The position numbers and the translations under genes are program-made. Below, in pieces: positions 55,226-63,826 of a stretch of DNA of 64,000 nucleotides. Below the pieces are notes generated by a model that was not told the DNA's origin, searched no databases, and saw nothing but the letters and a program-made list of their open reading frames with translations. Position 1 is the stretch's first letter, and each line of letters begins with the position of its first letter. The DNA is taken from positions 244,241-308,240 of the forward strand of contig JACKGC010000001.1 of NCBI GenBank assembly GCA_020632135.1, in the 5' to 3' direction. This stretch comes from Candidatus Nomurabacteria bacterium. Its GTDB lineage: Bacteria; Patescibacteriota; Minisyncoccia; Phycocordibacterales; UBA918.

Positions 55226-55239
55226 GTTTCACGTGAAAC
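55226..55239. promoter_or_regulatory. Palindrome GTTTCACGTGAAAC 19 nt upstream of the yraN-like start (candidate operator)
   Basis: Exact repeat of the 54672-54685 core. A half-degenerate copy gtttcatgtgaaaa lies at 55249. Confidence 0.45.
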
Positions 55240-55584
55240 GTAATAATAGTTTCATGTGAAAATTGACCTTAATTATAGCACTATATTATAAAGGACATTT
55301 CTACTTTAGACCTGTGGATTGTCCTTTATCCACATATCCACTCGTTTATCCCCAGTTTTAAGCAGTCTTGGAGCAAGGTTATGTGGAGTTTGATAAGTGT
55401 GCTTCTGTGAAGGTGAGCAAGGATTGCTCAGTAATCATATGTTTAGCGTAAGTCAGCTGTTCCTAGCTCTAGGAATGGAGCTAGGAACATGCTTCCGGCT
55501 CACAAACGGGCACGAGACTGAAGCAGTTCAGTTTCTAAAGTAAAAGCTGGATTCTTAAAAATCCAGCTTTTACTTTACCTGTTT

Positions 55585-55751
55585 GTGCGGCCAGGGAGAA
55601 TCGGTCAGGAGTCAGTTATTTTCATAGTCGCAAGCTCCTTGAAAATATACTGCTCACGACCCTGACTCCTTCCGCTTCGCTCCAGTCCGTCTTTCGATTC
55701 TCCCGCACTCCTACTCAAAACGGGCGCAAGGCCCGTTTTGAGTACTCGTAG
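55585..55751 (-). other. tRNA-linked element C downstream of tRNA-Gly(GCC), ending in a copy of its 3' 18-19 nt
   Basis: gtgcggccagggagaatcg at 55585-55603 repeats 55751-55769. Terminator hairpin at 55711-55745. Internal complement cgattctcccgcac at 55695-55708. Confidence 0.55.
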
Positions 55752-55822
55752 TGCGGCCAGGGAGAATCGAACTCCCGACTAATCCTTGGCAAGGACTCAT
55801 TATACCACTTAACCATGGCCGC
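55752..55822 (-). tRNA. tRNA-Gly (anticodon GCC), no encoded CCA
   Basis: Minus-strand gcggcca/tggccgc acceptor, anticodon loop tTGCCaa, T-arm cggga(g)-ttcgatt-ctccc. Confidence 0.9.
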
Positions 55823-55827
55823 ATATT

Positions 55828-56496
55828 CTACTGTGACAGCTCTTCGGTCGATAATTCGATCCAACGGCGTAGCTTACGCTTCAAAACTGTGCTGCCGATT
55901 ATAGTATTTCCAACGCCATAATGCAATGGCTTCTTGTTGGCGGAGCCATTTACAAATTGGCTCTTGTAAAATTGTACGTACGGGAGGGAAGTGAGGCGCT
56001 GCCACTTCTTCATGCATACCGCTTCGCTATGTCCTCCGTATAGTTGCAGCCATATGCGAAACTGTTTCTTCTCTACTCCAAGATACTCAAGTGCAAAACG
56101 TATAAACATCCTATGTACTTCCATCTGAGCTGAGGAGATTCTGATGGTGCGTTCGTTCACGAGGTCTCCGAGACACAAGTAGAGCGTCAAACCAGCTGTA
56201 AAGAGGGCATCTTTCTTGTAGTGTTTATACTCAACCTCAGCACTACGAGCTGCTTCGCGGTAGCGCGCAATCCGTTCACCACCACGAGCTTTATTGACTA
56301 ACTGCAGTCGTTTCGCATTCTCTGTGCCAGCTCGCTTCTTGTTCTGTCTGGTTACATGAGCTGAAAAAGCTTTATTTTGCAACCATTTTGAGGCGGTTGA
56401 CTTCGAGATCTCACAGTACTTTGCGATCTCCTCTAAGGTGAAGCCCCGCTTGCGTAAACCAAGTGCCTGCTCGTATTTCTCCTGATTTCGAACCAT
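55828..56496 (-). CDS. HTH-domain protein, function unknown
   Basis: N-terminal RGFTLEEIAKYCEISKSTASKWLQN (HTH). The rest is unassigned. Stop lies 5 nt from the tRNA. Confidence 0.5.
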   Translation of the reverse strand: MVRNQEKYEQALGLRKRGFTLEEIAKYCEISKSTASKWLQNKAFSAHVTRQNKKRAGTENAKRLQLVNKARGGERIARYREAARSAEVEYKHYKKDALFTAGLTLYLCLGDLVNERTIRISSAQMEVHRMFIRFALEYLGVEKKQFRIWLQLYGGHSEAVCMKKWQRLTSLPYVQFYKSQFVNGSANKKPLHYGVGNTIIGSTVLKRKLRRWIELSTEELSQ

Positions 56497-56615
56497 ATTG
56501 TGTGTATATTATATACTACTTATGCATGTTCGATTACAACTGTACACACCGTCGTATCGTGTAAGCGTCGTTGCATAATCAGCTTATTCGACGTATGATG
56601 TTCGCACTCGCAACC

Positions 56616-56687
56616 GCGCCCATGGTGAAATGGATATCACAACTGACTTCGGATCAGTCGTTCTGGGTTCGAGTCCTGGTGGGCGCA
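56616..56687 (+). tRNA. tRNA-Arg (anticodon UCG), no encoded CCA
   Basis: gcgccca/tgggcgc acceptor, anticodon loop cTTCGGa, T-arm ctggg-ttcgagt-cctgg. Confidence 0.9.
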
Positions 56688-56717
56688 CATAAAGTACTTC
56701 TGGTAAAATAACCAGAC

Positions 56718-58190
56718 ATGGTGATAAAACCCACTGACATTCCAATTGAAGTAAAGCAAGTCGCAAAAGCCTTGGAAGACAAGGGTTTTGAAGCGTATGT
56801 GGTTGGTGGCTGCACCCGCGACCTCATGCTCGGGAAGAGCCCAAAAGACTGGGACCTCACCACCAACGCGCGGCCAGAAGAGATCCAAGCTATATTTCCA
56901 GAGCATTATGCCAATAATGACTATGGCACGATCGGGGTGAAAACTGAGTCGGAAGATTTGTCACTACAGATCATTGAGGTTACACCCTACCGCACTGAAA
57001 GTGGCTACAGTGACGCCAGGCGGCCAGATGAAGTGACTTTCGGCGTATCCCTTGCGGAAGACCTTAAACGACGTGATTTTACGGTTAATGCCCTCGCGTA
57101 CCGCATCTCAACCGAGGAGTTGGTCGATAACTACGGCGGGGCAGAAGACCTGGCCGCGAGGCGCCTACGAGCTGTTGGTGACCCAGATGAACGTTTCGGC
57201 GAGGATGCCCTTCGTATGATGCGTGCGGTGCGCCTTGCGGCCGAGCTCGACTTCGTGATCGACCCAGAAACCATGACGGCCATCGCCCGACATAGCCAGC
57301 AGTTAAGCCGTATTTCCACCGAGCGCATCACCAGTGAATTCATTCGCACCATCATGTCACCGACCCCAATGCAGGGTATTATTTTCATGGAAAAACTCGG
57401 TTTACTCGAGCAATTTCTGCCTGAACTACGTATAGGAATCGGGATAGAGCAAGGTGGAGCACATCTATATGACGTGTACGAGCATCTTTTGCGTACTATG
57501 CAAGCTGCGGCCGATAAAAACTACAAACTCTCGATGCGTTTGGCGGCACTTTTTCATGACATCGCCAAGCCCCAAACTCGCCGTACCGGAGGCAAAAACA
57601 AGCAGTACACCTTCTTCGGCCACGAGGTAGTTGGTGCCAAAATGACCTTGCAAATTATGGATAGAATGAAGTTCCCACGGGAACTGACCGACGAAGTGGT
57701 GAGCCTGGTGCGTTGGCACATGTTTTTTGCGGACCCAGATGAGATAACCTTGGCAGCGGTACGCCGTACTATTGTTCGAATTGGGGAGGATCATATTGAA
57801 GACCTGCTTAATCTGCGTGTCTGCGACCGTATTGGCATGGGCCGCCCCAAGGAGCAGCCGTTTCGCTTCCGTAAATATAAAGCTATGGTGGATGAGGCGC
57901 TCCGCGACCCGATCTCGGTCAAGCTACTGAAGATCAACGGTGATCGTATCATGCAGCTCACCGATGAGAAGCCAGGGAAGCGTCTTGGCTATGTTTTACA
58001 TGCTCTTTTGGAGGAAGCGCTTGATGATGCAAGCAAGAATACGGAGGAACATATGGAAAAGCGTGCCCTTGAATTACTACAATTACCTGAAAATGAACTC
58101 CTTGAGCTGGCAGAAGCGGGGAAGCGCCGCCAAGCCGAGGAAGAGGCTACTGCTCTAAAGGACATCAAGCGCGAGCACAAAGTTGGATGA
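56718..58190 (+). CDS. cca: CCA-adding tRNA nucleotidyltransferase with HD domain
   Basis: GGCTRDLMLGKSPKDWDLTT and RRDFTVNAL (PolyA_pol head), plus HD (LFHDIAKP). Confidence 0.9.
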   Translation: MVIKPTDIPIEVKQVAKALEDKGFEAYVVGGCTRDLMLGKSPKDWDLTTNARPEEIQAIFPEHYANNDYGTIGVKTESEDLSLQIIEVTPYRTESGYSDARRPDEVTFGVSLAEDLKRRDFTVNALAYRISTEELVDNYGGAEDLAARRLRAVGDPDERFGEDALRMMRAVRLAAELDFVIDPETMTAIARHSQQLSRISTERITSEFIRTIMSPTPMQGIIFMEKLGLLEQFLPELRIGIGIEQGGAHLYDVYEHLLRTMQAAADKNYKLSMRLAALFHDIAKPQTRRTGGKNKQYTFFGHEVVGAKMTLQIMDRMKFPRELTDEVVSLVRWHMFFADPDEITLAAVRRTIVRIGEDHIEDLLNLRVCDRIGMGRPKEQPFRFRKYKAMVDEALRDPISVKLLKINGDRIMQLTDEKPGKRLGYVLHALLEEALDDASKNTEEHMEKRALELLQLPENELLELAEAGKRRQAEEEATALKDIKREHKVG

Positions 58191-59334
58191 GTCCACACAG
58201 AGGACAAAACACTAAAAACGGCTTTGTTGAGCCGTTTTTAGTTTATGTACTCGATGACAGTTAGCATTCCAATGCAGACTCGCTGTTCCACTTCGTTTGA
58301 ATTTGGCAAATGCGTACCAAAATCAATACCAATACATTCATATCCAGAGTTATTGGCGCTGTTCCACGGAATGCTGTAAATGTGAGTGTTCAGAACAATG
58401 ATTACCAAGACTAGCCCAACTGCAGAGATCGATAGCCACCGTTTTTGTTCATGATGTAATTTTAACACAGAGCAGACAATGAAACTGTCACCCTGATAGT
58501 CTTTTCTAATTCTCGAGATGAAGGTCGAAGGAATTGAGAAAGTGCGAAGGAGGTGCACCTGGATGTACAGTGACTGAGCACTTTCGAAAATTCCTGAAGA
58601 GATTCGCTCGAGTAATAGAAAAGACCTGAAGGTATCGGGAGCCAATCGTGGTGGTGATCAGCTGCCGGTGCCTTCAGGCCTTGTAAAAAATGAGCTTGTT
58701 GTGGAGGATTATGGTAATCCAAGTGGGCGTTTGCTTTTGAAACTAACCCGGTCCGAAGCTCTACGTTTTTGAAAGAAAACTTTTGTTGGTAGTCACTTTG
58801 TAGAGGAGTGGTACCTTGTAATCTTTCTAGATAGGGTGGGATGTTATGAACGTTTTGAGTAAGAGCTAATGCTCTTGGAGGTAATACTCAATTGTGTTTT
58901 GGAAGATCTCTTTAAGGGTGACTTCCAGGGGAGTGGAGAGGAACCGGTTGGTTCCTGTGCACTACTCTGGAAGTTACTGCTCGCCCTCTCTGGGCCTGTC
59001 ACTATAGTACTCCTTGTAAAGGACATGGTAAAGGACAGCTGTGCGCATACGTGGGGATAAGTGTCTTTTATAGATTTTGTTTGACAGATTTGATCTTCGT
59101 GTGATTGTATGTCTTCATCATGCTAGCTAAACTAGCATTTATTTATACTGTTTTTTTGCGTAAGTTATCACCTGCAGTCGTCTCATACCTCTTTGTTCAC
59201 TCAAGTTTTGACATTTCTGTATTCTGTGTTTTTTTGTTACGCATAGCGGCAAGAGAAAACCGGCTGTGTGTAGTTGAGACTCACATCCTCGCTGCGGGAT
59301 GTTTGCCTACAGGCACACTCGCCGGTTTGTGATC

Positions 59335-60135
59335 CTACAGCTCAACCCCCAACTCGATCGAGACAGGGCAGTGATCTGACCCGAGCACATCTGGATGTAT
59401 CTTGGCATTTTTGAGAACCGGTGAAAGCGCACCTGAAACCATCACGTAGTCGATCCGCCAGCCGACGTTCCGCTCACGTGCACCACCAAAGTGACTCCAC
59501 CAAGTGTAGAGCTCTGGCGTATCGGGGTGAAAGTGCCGGAGAGTATCGATGAACCCCTTCTCGATCATGGCATCAAAGCCTGCCCGTTCTTCTTGCGTAA
59601 AACCCTTCTTGCCCTCGTTGGGCTTTGGGCGTGCTAGATCGATCGGTTGGTGGGCCACATTGAAGTCGCCGCAGAAAATAACGGGTTTTTGCTGTTGGAG
59701 GCGATCCATATACTCCAGATAGGCAGGGTCCCACTGTTGGCGCATAGGAATACGGGAAAGATCGTCTTTAGCGTTAGGAGTATAGACCGTACTGACGTAA
59801 AATGGCTCAAATTCAGTGGTTATAACCCGTCCTTCCTCGGTCGTATCGCCATAGCTGTCTTCGAGCGTGTATTTGGCCATTATGTCCTTAGGAAGGCCAT
59901 TTATAACGTCAATTGGGGAATGTTTGGTAAAAATGGCCGTGCCTGAGTAACCCTTTCGCTCCGCCGAGCACCAATATTCTTCATACTGAGGCCAATCAAG
60001 ATCAATCTGCTCATGATTTGCCTTGGTTTCTTGCAAACAAAGAATATCTGGATCGTGCTTCTCTAAAAATGGCGTAAACAAGCCTTTACGCTCAACAGCC
60101 CGAATGCCGTTGACGTTCCATGAGTAGATCTTCAT
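59335..60135 (-). CDS. xth: Exodeoxyribonuclease III
   Basis: MKIYSWNVNGIRA, LCLQETK, WRIDYV and SDHCPV are typical of ExoIII/APE. Confidence 0.93.
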   Translation of the reverse strand: MKIYSWNVNGIRAVERKGLFTPFLEKHDPDILCLQETKANHEQIDLDWPQYEEYWCSAERKGYSGTAIFTKHSPIDVINGLPKDIMAKYTLEDSYGDTTEEGRVITTEFEPFYVSTVYTPNAKDDLSRIPMRQQWDPAYLEYMDRLQQQKPVIFCGDFNVAHQPIDLARPKPNEGKKGFTQEERAGFDAMIEKGFIDTLRHFHPDTPELYTWWSHFGGARERNVGWRIDYVMVSGALSPVLKNAKIHPDVLGSDHCPVSIELGVEL

Positions 60136-60188
60136 GGGTCTAGTCTAGCGCATTATGTGTCAGTGGGGAAACTAGGCAGTCGCGCGCC

Positions 60189-61205
60189 CTACTGATGCAG
60201 CGTTTCGTAAATGATCTGTGACACCGAAGAGATGGCGACCTGGGCAGCGAGCACATCGGCGGTCTTGGTCATCACACACAAGATATAAGGATTTGGTTCA
60301 TCATACACTACACCACAGTCATGCAGCTGCAGTCGTTGTTGCGCTTGCTCGGTATCATCAATCCCAAATTTGTTAGCAGTAACTGTTCCTTCTGGCACCC
60401 CATTAACAATACCGCTGTCATACGAGGATTCAGCAAGGAGCGCAAGCGCCCTTTCTGACATGGCTTCGGAAAGATACGTTGCGTTGTAAAGAATGCGGAA
60501 TACGCTTGCGTAATCAATCGGTGTGATCTCATATTCATCTCCCTGTTCATAATTGGCCGGGATAAGAGTCATGGATTCTTCCGCTAGGCGGTTATGGGTC
60601 TCCGGTGTGACCCGCGTTTCAAGGTAATCAGACAAAATGCCGCGAGACACGTTGTCGGAGTGCACGATCATGTGGTAGATGAGCTCGTCTATGGTATAGG
60701 TCTTGCCGAGTGCCAATCATTGTGCCGGCGGCAAGTTAGCCTCCGCTGCATGCTCGCCGTTATATACGATCGTTTCCTCAAGCAAAGTAGGCTTATACTC
60801 AGCCAATTTATAGTACACGACCATAAGCGGCACCTTCATGAGGCTGGCGGGAGCAAACTGCGCCCGTTCGTTGATACCAAACCATTTGCCGGTTTCAAGG
60901 TCCTGAAAATACACTGCGACGGTTGATACCGATTGCTTGGCAATTTGCGCTGCAATCTCTGCCTCTAAAGGCACCTTCAGTGCTGCGTAGCGATCATTGG
61001 TCTCATTGGTGCCAGCGACATCAATGAGGGGGTTAGTGAAGCTGATCCGACCTAAATGGCGTTCTGGTATGGATTCAACCGCCGCCGGTGCAGGGTTTCC
61101 AAGCCAACTGTGCCCCAGCCCAAAACCGATCCACCCGGTCGCACAAACACTTACTAGCCACCAGAGTGGCTTGAGCCGTACCATATGATCAAATACTGCC
61201 TTCAT
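60189..61205 (-). pseudogene. Class A beta-lactamase-like serine hydrolase interrupted by an in-frame TGA (60717-60719)
   Basis: SLMKV (SxxK), SDN and KFG (KTG-like) are spread over two ORFs that share one frame: ...NLPPAQ-TGA-LALGKTYTIDEL... Confidence 0.7.
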
Positions 61206-61314
61206 TGGGGTGCGCAAGGCCAAAGATATGCGATTGCATAGCATGATTATAGCCAAGGTGAACAACAATGAGAAGCGTCACACCGAGAATCACCAAAACG
61301 AACGAAAATCAGTT

Positions 61315-61503
61315 ATGTGTCATGAGATTGGAGCTCGGCTACTCATCGATGATGCGTGGCACCACGTGGCTGATGCAGCCGCTGCGGGCTTGCCGGCAAT
61401 ACTGCTTGACCGGCCATGGAACCAGGAACCTGTGCCACCAGGAGCAATTCGCACCCACAACTGGCCTGATACCGTAACGAGGGTATTGGAGCACCTACGG
61501 TAG
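61315..61503 (+). pseudogene. 3' remnant of a 5'(3')-deoxyribonucleotidase (NT5C/HAD)-like gene
   Basis: ...IGARLLIDDAWHHV...AILLDRPWNQ...IRTHNWPDTV matches the NT5C C-terminus. The DxDxT N-terminus is absent. Confidence 0.45.
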
Positions 61504-61607
61504 GGATGGCTGGGCGCACTTCGCGCGCCCAGCTTTTTTGTTACCGTATACAAAAACCAGCCCAGAAGTAAAACTTCTGAGCTGGCCTATCAAATACCAT
61601 CCAACTA

Positions 61608-62009
61608 TCACTTACTCTGCTTAAAGCACTCAATACACTTGAGATTCTCGGTGCTCCGCGGCTGAAAGGGAAGTGACGCAATCGTGGCACCACAGATGGC
61701 ACAGGCCCAGTCACCGGTGAACTTTGGTTTTTCTCCCGGCGTTACCGGCGTTGCACCCATACCTGCAAAGGCATCTTCCTCAGGCATCGGCTCACTCGCC
61801 AAGCCAGCATCCATGGGAATATCATCTGGCGCAGCGACACTCTCTGCTGCTTGGGCCGAAGGCTGTACACCGGCCCCTTTACCATCCTTAGCGTCTTTCT
61901 GCCTTTTCCAACACTCACGACAGGTCAATCCTTCTTCACTCCTTGGTTCAAATGGTAATTCGGTGATGGTGCCACCGCACACACTACATTTCCAGTTTCC
62001 TTGGTACAT
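61608..62009 (-). CDS. Protein with two CxxC-x17-CxxC zinc ribbons
   Basis: CSVCGGTITELPFEPRSEEGLTCRECW and CAICGATIASLPFQPRSTENLKCIECF. Confidence 0.75.
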   Translation of the reverse strand: MYQGNWKCSVCGGTITELPFEPRSEEGLTCRECWKRQKDAKDGKGAGVQPSAQAAESVAAPDDIPMDAGLASEPMPEEDAFAGMGATPVTPGEKPKFTGDWACAICGATIASLPFQPRSTENLKCIECFKQSK

Positions 62010-62164
62010 ACTTTATGAAATCACAATTATTTGGAAATACAGTATACCGCAGAGCGACACTATCTCTCTAATATGATCGCGATTCTCATCTTTCCATGTC
62101 AGGTAGAGGTTGACAATTATAATATATATTTTATGATTGTTGTGGTTGTAGAGGAGGTACACCT

Positions 62165-62347
62165 ATGTTCTGGGACAGCAAAAAAGACGACAAGGTCGTC
62201 GAGCTTGATTCGTTTCGCACTGAACATCGTGCGCAAAACAATCACTCTATCGAATCTATCGATAACATTCCCGACTGCTATCGTTCGCTTCTGTTTAACG
62301 CAGACAAGAACGGCGGCATCGGCGTTGATGACAATCTGTTCTCGTAA
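62165..62347 (+). CDS. Hypothetical 60-aa protein
   Basis: RBS gaggagg 7 nt before the ATG. Terminator aaacccgccc-ttcg-gcgggttt at 62362-62388. Confidence 0.45.
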   Translation: MFWDSKKDDKVVELDSFRTEHRAQNNHSIESIDNIPDCYRSLLFNADKNGGIGVDDNLFS

Positions 62348-62402
62348 GACCAAACATCCAAACCCGCCCTTCGGCGGGTTTCTTTTTTGCTATACTCACG
62401 AT

Positions 62403-63047
62403 ATGCAAATCACTACATACGGCCACTGTTGCCTGCTCATCGAGCTAGCAGGGAAGCGAGTCTTGACCGACCCGGGTACGTTCAGTAGCGGTTTTGAGGA
62501 CCTCACCGACATCGATCTAATTCTCATCACCCACGAACACGCCGACCATCTGCACACCGAAGCGTTGCAGGCACTCATCGAGCAAAATCCTGGTGTACAC
62601 GTCGTTACCAACGGCAGTGTCGGGAAGATCTTGGCTGAGCTAGAAATACCTTTTGCCGTGTTGGCGCATGAGCAAAAAGAGCAAGTGGCCGGTATACACC
62701 TGAAGGCATACGACGGACCGCACGAAGAAATATTTGAGGAATTTGGCTTGGTGCAGAACACCGGCTTTCTGCTCGAGCATGGTGAATTCTTTTACCCTGG
62801 CGACTCATATATAGTACCTATTGAATCAGTGAACGTGTTGGCTGCACCAGTGGCAGGGCCGTGGTGTAAGGTGGCAAATGCGATCCGCTATGTACTCAAG
62901 GTTGCACCCAAGACCATGATCCCCGTGCATGACGCGGGACTCTCGAAAGCCGGAAAGGCTGTGGTGTATCCACACTTTGAACGGGAGCTTATGAAGCAGA
63001 ATATCACTTTCACTGCTCTAAAAAGCGGGGAGACGGTGGAGTTGTAA
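62403..63047 (+). CDS. MBL-fold metallo-hydrolase
   Basis: MQITTYGHCCLLIE...ILITHEHADHL (HxHxDH). Confidence 0.85.
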   Translation: MQITTYGHCCLLIELAGKRVLTDPGTFSSGFEDLTDIDLILITHEHADHLHTEALQALIEQNPGVHVVTNGSVGKILAELEIPFAVLAHEQKEQVAGIHLKAYDGPHEEIFEEFGLVQNTGFLLEHGEFFYPGDSYIVPIESVNVLAAPVAGPWCKVANAIRYVLKVAPKTMIPVHDAGLSKAGKAVVYPHFERELMKQNITFTALKSGETVEL

Positions 63048-63119
63048 AAGCAATGGGCGCCGGCTTCGCCGGCGCCCATTGCTTTTACATTTTTATAATG
63101 TTTTAATTTCTGCCACACT

Positions 63120-63200
63120 GCTGGAGTGGTGAAATTGGTAGACACGTACGCTTCAGGTGCGTATGTCGCAAGACGTGGAGGTTCAAGTCCTCTCTCCAGC
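63120..63200 (+). tRNA. tRNA-Leu (anticodon CAG), long variable arm, no encoded CCA
   Basis: gctggag/ctccagc acceptor, anticodon loop tTCAGgt, variable arm tgtcgcaagacgt. Closely parallels E. coli tRNA-Leu(CAG). Confidence 0.9.
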
Positions 63201-63399
63201 ACAAAGAAACCCCGCGTCCCTGCGGGGTTTTGATTGCTGGAGAAGCAAGGTGCCGGCGCACCTTGCGTGAGGGCTTGAAGCCGCGGAGCATGTGCTGAGC
63301 TGGCGAAGCACGGCGAGCGGCCGTCCAAGAACGCGAGGCATTTCTAGAGTGTGCGAATAGAAATGTCCGCGATTCTGGGACAAGTCCTCTCTCCAGCAC
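63201..63399 (+). other. tRNA-linked element D ending in a copy of the tRNA-Leu 3' 18 nt
   Basis: Terminator at 63203-63230. gctggaga (63235-63242) pairs with tctccagc (63390-63397). caagtcctctctccagca(c) at 63381-63399. A terminator follows at 63405-63440. Confidence 0.55.
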
Positions 63400-63571
63400 C
63401 ACAATCCAGGCCGGCGCGCGAAGCGCGCCGGCCTTTTCTTGCCCTTACTTTCCAAACCCCTTGCCTTTTTGCCCCCCTATGCTTTAATGCTTCTAACGAA
63501 ACCGCGCTCTTGAAGTTGTTGTAGATTTGAAGAAGTGACGTTTTGTTTATACATAAAAGCAATATATATTT

Positions 63572-63826
63572 ATGAAGGGTTCAGTTGTACGCAAGCGTGA
63601 CGAAGGTTACGGATTTATTAAGCCAGAAGAAGGTGAGAAGGATGTATTCTTCCACGCTTCATCAGTGGTTGACATCACTTTCGATGATCTGAAGGAAGGT
63701 GACACCGTCACATTCGACGTTGAGGAAGGACCAAAGGGTCCAGCCGCAGCAAACGTTACTAAGGCGGGCAGCACTGCAGCAGCAGAGGCTCCAGCTGACG
63801 GTGATGATGATGCAGACGCTGCGTAA
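63572..63826 (+). CDS. Cold-shock domain protein with acidic C-terminal extension
   Basis: GYGFIKPEEGEKDVFFHAS (RNP1/RNP2-like), then GSTAAAEAPADGDDDADAA. Confidence 0.92.
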   Translation: MKGSVVRKRDEGYGFIKPEEGEKDVFFHASSVVDITFDDLKEGDTVTFDVEEGPKGPAAANVTKAGSTAAAEAPADGDDDADAA

